Positions 46,301 to 55,300 of a stretch of DNA of 64,000 nt are shown in pieces. Numbering within the stretch: the first letter of the stretch is position 1; every line of letters begins with the position of its first letter. The DNA lies in assembly GCA_045531965.1 (NCBI GenBank), contig JAZSFA010000004.1:22617-86616 (forward strand). Reading direction: 5' to 3'. The stretch is from Eubacteriales bacterium. Its GTDB lineage: Bacteria; Bacillota; Clostridia; Oscillospirales; CAG-272. A program made the position numbers and the translations under genes. The notes under the pieces were generated by a model. That model was not told the DNA's origin, ran no database searches, and saw nothing but the letters and a program-made list of their open reading frames with translations.

Positions 46301-49300
46301 TCCCTGAGGGTGTGACCGACATTGGAAAAGCCGCTTTCAATGGCGCTCGGAATTTGTATGCCGTCTATCTGGCGTCCACCGTCAAGGTCATCCGTGAAGA
46401 AGGTTTTTATGGATGTGAAAACGTCGGGTATTACGGACTGCCCGAGGGGCTGACCACCATTGAAGCCTACGCGTTTTCCATGAATGAGCATCTGAACGAG
46501 CTACAGATGCCCGATTCGTTGATGCAGATCGGCGTCAACGCCTTTGCGGGAGACCGTCGGCTTTACGCTGTGAACTTCTCCGATAACGCCAAGCTTCCCC
46601 GCATCTCTTATAATGCCTTTGCGTATTGCGGTCTGATCTCCTTCCGTGTGCCCGCCGGCGTGTCCACCATAGCGCAGGGCGCGTTCAAGGGATGCTCTGA
46701 TCTGACCTCCGTTACCTTCGCGAGCGGCAGTAAGCTGCAGAGCATCCCGGCGTATATGTTCGATGGTTGCGACAAAATCGATACTGTCATCTTTGAGCCG
46801 GGCAGTGCTTTATCCGCCATCCAAGCCCACGGCTTTGAGGGTATGCGAAAGCTGACCACCCTGGATTTCGGTGACGCCAAGCTCACAAATATTGATAACT
46901 TTGCCTTCCGCTTCTGTGAGCGTCTGAGTCGTTTGGACATCCCCGATAGCGTCACCTTTATCGGTAGATATGCTTTCTACTATTGCGAGAAGCTGTCCGA
47001 GGTGACCATTCCCGCCGCCGTAGAGTTTATCGGTCGCTTTGCCTTCCTTGGCACGAGCAAGCTGAACGTATACTTTGCTGCCGAAACCCTCCCGTCTTAT
47101 CTGGCAGAGGACTGGGATCACGGCATCGCGGGCTACTATCTGGGTGTGACGGATATCGTGACGGATGGCGACTGGACGTATGCCCGCCTGACAAGCGGGG
47201 ACATCTCCATCATCAAATACAGTGGCACGGCGACCCACATAGACCTGACCGCCCTGCATCTGGGTGGTGATATCGTCAACGTGGGCGGCGGTGCGTTTGC
47301 AGGCAGCGGGGTAACGTCGGTGAAACTGCCCGAGACCTTGCAAATCATTCAGGCAGAGGCGTTTTCAAACACCAAGCTGACGGCTGTTTCGATTCCTGCA
47401 GGCGTAACTTTCATCGGTCGCGAGGCGTTTGCGAATACCCCCATCGAACGCTTGACCTTTGCGCTCCACGCGCAGCTCAAAACCATGGAGCAGTCTGCCT
47501 TTGAGCGCACCGAAAAACTGGAGAGCGTGGTGATTCCCGAAACAGTCACCGCCATGGGGCGTGCCGTGTTCAAGAACAGCGGTATCACGTCGCTGACCTT
47601 TGCCGACGGCTTCGCCATGACGGAAATCCCCGAGGAAGCCTTCGCTTACACCCACATCTCCGACGTAACGATTCCCGACAGCGTGACGGTCATTGGTCAT
47701 AGCGCCTTCCGCGAGATCCGAGAACTGAGATCCTTGACCCTCGGTGGCGGAGAGGATTTGATGATCATGTCCAACGCCTTCTATCAGACGGGACTGGAGC
47801 AGGTTTATCTCCCCGAGAATGTGTCGTTTGTGGGCGAGTATGCTTTCATCGCCCTACCGAATCTTTCGGCGTTCACCGTGTCGGAACATAACCCCAATTA
47901 CAAGGCGATTGACGGTCTGCTGGTGTCCAAGAACGGCAGAAAGCTCATTGCTGTTCCCTCGGGACGGACGGGAAGTCTGACGGTTCCCGAGGGCGTTGAG
48001 GTCATCGGCTTCGGCGCTTTCGAGTCAAGCAAGCTCTCGGAGATCAGCTTCCTTGACAGCGCCAACATTCTGTCCTTCGGATACCGCGCCTTCTACAATG
48101 CCGACGGTATTTCAAGCATGCATGTCCCCGCCAGCGTGGTTTCCATCGACTATTATGCCTTCGCCATGTGTGACAGCCTTAAGTCGGTCACCTTTGCCGA
48201 GAGCAACAGCCTCAAGGGCGTGTACGAGGGCGCGTTCTACAGTTGCCCGAGCCTGTCCGATATCACCCTCCCCGACAGCATCGTGGAGATCTCCGACTTT
48301 GCCTTCTACGGTTGCCGCAGTCTGACCGATTTGCCCATCAGCGAGGCGGGGGAGATCAAAGGCATTTACGATTACGCCTTTGCCTACGCGGGTCTTAAAG
48401 GTAACTATACCATCCCGGACACCCTCATCGACATCGGTCCCTATGCCTTTATGGGCAATCAGTTTACCTCCGTCACGGTGCCCGACACCCGTGTGTGGGA
48501 TCTGATCATCGGTATCGGTGCCTTCGAAAACTGTAGCAGCCTCTCCGAGATCACGTTGCCCTTTATCGGCGCGAGCTTTGAGGATGCCGAGATCACCTGG
48601 TTCGGCTATATCTTCGGCGCGGGTGCCCCCGAAGCCAATGGGGTGTACGTGCCCGAAAGCCTGAAGCGTGTCAAGATCTCCGAGGGAATCACTTTCGTGG
48701 GTGAGCACGCCTTCGACGGGCTTGCGGGGCTTGAAGAAATCAGCGTGCCTCATAGCGTGCAGACTGTGCATGATTACGCGTTCCACAATACGCGTGCTAC
48801 CTATGAGCTGACGAATACGGTGACCTTCACCTATGTTCATGCCAAGGGCATCCGTTACGAAATCCACGCTTCGCATATTGGTCGCGGTATTTCCGGAAAC
48901 CTCGTGATGGCAGACGGCATCACAAAGATCGACAACAATGCGTTTGCCAACTGTCAACAGCTGACGGGCATCATGCTTCCCGACAGCGTCAAAAGCATCG
49001 GTAGCGGCGCTTTCTTGGGTTGCAGCGGCTTGACGAGCCTCAAGCTCCCCGAAAGTGTTATGCTGATCGACTATGCTGCGTTTATGGATTGCGGCAATCT
49101 TGAAAGCATCCATATTCCTGATCGGATCACGACCATCCATAGCGATACCTTCAACGGATGCCGTCAGCTGACAAGCGTTGTTTTCGGAGAAAACAGCCAA
49201 CTGACCAGCATCAACGCGTCTGCCTTTGCCCATTGTGATGCCCTGGAGGTTATCTCCCTCCCTAAAGGCGTGACTTTCATCGGCAGACAAGCCTTCTTCG

Positions 49301-52300
49301 ATTGCACAGGGCTTTTGAGCATCACGATCCCGGATGCGGTCACCACCATGGAATACGGTGTGTTTGATAGCTGTGATCATTTGGCAAGTGTCACGTTTGG
49401 CGAGAACAGCCGTCTCACAAGTCTTCCCGATTCCACGTTCTACGCCTGTGGCAAACTCTCTACGGTGACCCTTCCCGGAAGCCTTGTCAGCATCGGCAAC
49501 CAAGCCTTCCGTTCTTGCGAGAGCCTTACGGACATTGTCATGCCCGACACGGTGACAAGCCTTGGAGATGAAGCGTTTTACGCTTGCCGTAGTCTGAACC
49601 GCGTTGTGCTTTCCGAAGGGCTTGTAAGCCTCTCGCCTTTGGCGTTCTGTCAATGCGAAAGCCTTACGAGTATCACCCTGCCGGATAGCATCGTCACGAT
49701 CAACCGAAGCGCGTTCGACGGTTGCAGCCGTTTGTCAACCGTTGTGTTCGGAGAAAACAGCCAACTTCTCGATATAGAAGCGTACGCGTTCGGTGGCTGT
49801 CATCAATTGAAAACGGTCACCATTCCCGATACGGTCACAAGCATTGGCGAATTCGCGTTTTATGAATGTAACAACCTGCTTCGTATCACGTTTGGCGCCG
49901 ACAGCCAACTGGAGCGCATTGGAAGATCGGCGTTTGAGTGGTGTCAGAGCCTCTCAAGCTTTGACATTCCCAAAAACGTTACAAGTATTGACGATTATGC
50001 GTTCTGGCAATGTCAAGGGCTCTATGCCATCACCAATCACAGCGCGCTGACCTTGACGTTGGGCGGCAACCAAAACGGAGGTATTGCTTACTACGCCAAG
50101 CTCATCACGGATCGGGACGGCAACAAGACCTACGATGATGAGACCTCGGGCTTTGCTTTTGTGGATACCCCCGACGGCTTCCGATTTGTGCTGGAAAACG
50201 GCGAGTATCGGCTGGTCGCTTATATGGGAGATCTTGATACGGTCACACTTCCCTCGGATATTCAGGGCAATCCCTATTCGATCTACCGCTTGAAGGGTGT
50301 CAAGAAGGTCATCATTCCCGAAGCGATCACCGCCATTGGCGCGCAAGCCTTTTACGGTAGCCTCAGTCTGACGGGTGTGACGCTTCCGAATACCGTGAGT
50401 GCCATTGGCGAGGAGGCTTTCGCGGGCTGTCTCAACCTGACGGCGATCCATATCCCCGCATCTGTCACAGAAATCGGTAATAACGCCTTTGTCAATTGTC
50501 AAAGCATGGAAAGCGTGACCTTTGACGAAACCAGCCGTCTGACAAGTATCGGCTATCTGGCATTCCAGAGCTGTAACGGACTGACCGCCATAGAGATCCC
50601 CGCCTCTGTGACGTCTATAGGAAACCGCGCCTTTGAATATTGTCAGAATCTGACAAGCGTATCCTTGGCTGACAACAGCCAACTCACGAGTATTGGCGAC
50701 AGTATGTTTTATCAATGCACAAGCCTTGCAAGCGTTGATTTCGGAGAAAACAGTCAGATCAGCGAGATCGGCGGTTCTGTTTTCTCGGGTTGTTCAAAGC
50801 TTACCGGTTTGGTGCTTCCCGACAGCGTCACCCGCATTGAGAGCAGAGCGTTTGAGGGTTGCGAAAGTCTGACAAGCCTCCGTATCCCCGACGGACTGAC
50901 CTACATGGCAACCGGGGCATTGAAAGGCTGCGTCGGAATCCAACTGTTGATCTCGGATCACCACGCGTCCTTCTCGGTCATAGATGGCGTCCTTTACGAT
51001 AAAGACGTCAGAAACCTTATTTACGTGCCCGATTCCATCACCGAGCTGTGCATTCCCAACACTGTTATAGACGTTTCGCTGAACGGAAATACCAGCGTTC
51101 AAAAGGTGACGTTTGAGGAAGGTAGCCGCATGATGAGTCTCAACAACGCCGCCTTCAAGGGTTGTGTCAGCCTGATGAGCGTGACGCTTCCCGAAAGCAT
51201 CCTCTGGATCGGTTACGATGCCTTCGCGGATTGTGAAAGCCTTGTCAGCATCCGCCTCCCCGACGGCGTGACCGAAATCGGCGGAAACGCCTTTAAAGGT
51301 TGCGTCAGTCTTGAAAGTATTCATATACCCAACGGCGTGACAAGCATGGGTCAGGAAGCTTTTTCGGGATGTAAACGCCTGACGGATATCTGCCTTCCCG
51401 AAGGCTTGATAAGCATTGGCGACGACGGGTTCCTGGGCTGTGAAAGCCTTGAGAGCATTTATATTCCCGATGGCGTGACCAGCCTCGGCTGGCGCGCGTT
51501 CAGCGGTTGCTTAAGTCTTGCTACCGTTACTTTTGGAGATAACAGCCAACTCACAAGTATCCCTTCCTACGCTTTTTCCGAGTGTGAGCGTCTTTTGACC
51601 ATTCGCATTCCCGACGGCGTCACCCAGATCGGCAGTTCGGCATTCCAAAATTGCCATAGCCTGACCGAAGTCGTCTTTGGCTCTGACAGTCAGCTGATAA
51701 ACATAGGTTCTACGGCATTTAGCTGGTGCGAAAACCTGAAAAAGCTGGATCTTGGCAATAACCGCCGCCTTGAAAGCATTGAATGGTGGGCGTTCCTCGG
51801 CTGCGACAGCCTGGAGGAAATCTACATTTCGGACGTGACCGCTTGGTTGCATACCACGTTGGCGGAACATCATCCGCTCAGCGTCGGAGCCGATCTCTAC
51901 CTGAACGGGGAACTGCTGACCGAGCTGGTGGTGCCCGACGGAATAACCGATGTCACGCTTTCGGGTTGTACCAGCCTGATCAGTATCACACTTCCCGAAA
52001 GTGTCACAAGGGTGGATTTCTCAAACTGCACGAATCTGACACGCGTTACCTTCCGTGACAACAGCCGGCTGACCACCCTTCCGGCTGAGGCGTTCAGAAA
52101 TTGTGAAAAGCTTTCGACGGTGACGTTTGGCAACAACAGCCGCCTCACAAGCATCGAGGCTTCCGCGTTCAGCCATTGTGTTGGCTTAAAACTGATCGAT
52201 TTCGGTCAGAACAGCTGTCTTGAGAGCATCGGCTACAACGCGTTTGAGTATTGTGCTAACCTGACGGACATCACTCTGCCCGACAGCCTCAAAGCCATCG

Positions 52301-55300
52301 GTCCCGGAGCGTTCTTCGGATGCAACGGTTTGACCAGCTTCACCCTGCCCGAAAATTTGACAAGCATTGAGGACGCCGCGTTCACGAATTGCACGCATCT
52401 GTATGTCATCTACAACAACAGTTCTCTGGTATTGCAGATGGGAAGTGAGGCGCACGGCGGCATCACAGCGCAGGCAAGGTTGATCGTGGATCGGGACGGC
52501 AACAGAACCTACCGTGATGACTTCACAGGCTTTACGTTTATCGATACCGCGGATGGGTTCCGCTTCATGCAGGAGCAGGGAGAGTACAAGCTGATTGCTT
52601 ATTTGGGCGATCTTGAAACCGTGACCTTCCCCACTGACCTGAACGGCAGCCCCTATCAGATCTACCAGATCAGAGGTGTCAAGCACGTGATCATTCCCGA
52701 AGGCGTGACAAGCATCGACGCTTATGCCTTCTACCATTGTACCACGCTGGAAAGCATCATCCTGCCCGACTCTCTCATCGACATCGGTGCCTATGCCTTT
52801 GAAAATTGCCATCAGCTGACGAGGATCACGCTGCCCTCGCGTGTCACCACCATCGGGCGTGCCGCCTTTTCAAAATGCGCTCAGCTGACCGAGATCACCC
52901 TTCCCGAAAGCGTCGAAGTCATCAAGGCATATGCCTTTGAAGACTGCACGCGGTTGTCCGGCATCAAGCTCCCCGCCCATATCCAAAAAATCGAAAGCCA
53001 CGCGTTTGATCAAACCGCTTATAAAGATGACCCCGCCCATTGGGTCGGTGGGGTGCTGTATATCGGCAATCATCTCATCCGCGTCAAAGAGGATACCCGT
53101 TACGTTGATTTTAAAAACGTCGGTTGTGTTGCCGAGGGGGCGTTTGACCAATGTTATCTGCTGAAAAACGCCTTGGCTCACGGCGAACAATACAACCTCC
53201 TCTCCGATATGTCCAACCTTGAGACCCTGCTGATCACTGACCTGCCCGCGGAGAGAATTTACGCTTATTTCGGCAGATCCGCAAGCGATCTTCCCCTCAC
53301 CCTGAAATCCATTGTTCTCGGCAGAGACGTTCGCATGAATCAAAAAGCCTTCGAGGGGATCACGGGGATCACCATTTACGTGGAAGCCAACGAAAAGGAC
53401 GTGCGCTGGGACGAAAACTTCCCGGGCTGGAGTAACGGCAATAAAGTGGTTTACGGTGATGAGTGGATCACGGCTGACTTCTACGACCAGCATGGAAACC
53501 TCATGAGCCATGAGGTTTTCCTGACCCATCAGGTCATTCGTCAGCCCTATCTGAGACTTGACGGTGACTTGGAGACATCCCGGGTGCTGGTGGGATGGGA
53601 TCTTGACGGCGACGGAAGTCCCGACACCATTCCCGCAACCTCCACCGTGGACATTGTGGCAAAGCCCGTCGTCAAAACGCAAGTCAGCGCGTATACCGTT
53701 CGCTTCTACGATACGGACGGCGTGACGCTGCTTTCGGAGATGCGCCTGCCTTACGGTGCGGTCATCGTTCCCCCCACCATCCAGGACAAGCCGGGCTATA
53801 CCACGATGGGCTGGACGAACTACACTCAAGGGATGACAGTCAGCGGTCATCACGCCTTTGTGCTGAACCGTGTGCATCAGGGCGGCGGTCACGACTACGC
53901 TTCGTCTGTGTGGGTCGCGCCCACCTGTACCGAGGGTGGATATCTCAAGCACGTCTGTCAGCTCTGCGGCGCGTGGTACGCCACCGAAGAGACCGCGGCT
54001 TTGGGACACCGTAACACGCTGTCCGAGATCCCTGCCACTTGTACCGAGGAAGGGAAGCGCCTTGCCACCTGTACCGTCTGCGGTTACGTGTCCGCCGAGA
54101 TCATTCCCGCGCACGGACACACCTACGTCGGCAGCGTGACGAAGGAAGCCACTTGCACCGAGCAAGGCGAGATGCTGTACGTATGCGCGATTTGCGGCGA
54201 CCGTGTCACCGAAACAACTTCGCTGTCGGCACATCACTATGAAAAGCGGACAGCCCCCAAGTGGTGGCTGCAAATCCTCATTGAGAAGATCCTGAACGTG
54301 TTCTTTGGCTATGAGGGTGACCATATTTTCTATTACGAATGCACGGATTGCCGTCATATCCGGACATCCGATAACACCGAGGACACAAGCAGCGGCACAG
54401 CGGGCATCATGTCCGCGGGCTGCGCGCATCAGCTGTCCGATTGGACTGTGTACATTTCCCCCACCTGTGAAGGTGAGGGCGTGGATGCCAGATACTGCAC
54501 GGTATGCGGAGAACCTGTGTCCTACCGACGCGGCGGAGATGCCTTGGGGCATGACTACAGCGCGCATAGGGTCACAGCCCCCACTTGTACCGAGGAAGGC
54601 TACACCACCCATATCTGTCTCGGCTGCGGCGACAGCTACACCGACAGCATCACCGATGCCCTCGGGCACACCGCGGGTGCCGAAGCGGATTGCTTGCATG
54701 ATCAGCTGTGTCTTGTCTGCGGTACGGTTCTTTCGGAGAAGCTGGGTCACACGTATGATGCCGTGGTGACAGCGCCCACTTGCATCGAGGAAGGCTATAC
54801 CACATACACCTGTACCCGTTGCGGTGACAGTTATACCGATAGCATCACCGACGCCCTCGGACATACCGCGGGTGCCGAAGCCGATTGCATAAACGATCAG
54901 CTTTGTCTTTTCTGCGGTACGGTCCTTTCGGAAAAGCTGGGGCACACGTATGCCGCCGCGGTAACCGATCCTACCTGTACCGAGCCTGGCTATACCACGT
55001 ACACCTGTGTCCGTTGCGGTGACAGCTACACCGACAACTTTACCGATGCTCTCGGACATACCCCGGGTCCTGAGGCGAATTGTTATCAGGATCAGTGCTG
55101 TCTCGTCTGCGGCAGCGTGCTGGTTGGCAAGCTCGGACACGACTACCAAGCTTTTGTGACAGAGCCCACTTGTACCGAACAGGGGTATACCACGTATAGC
55201 TGCGTCCGCTGCGGATACGGCTATACGGGAGACCTCACCGAGGTCCTCGGACATACTCCGGGTGCGGAAGCCGATTGCTACCATGACCAATACTGCACCG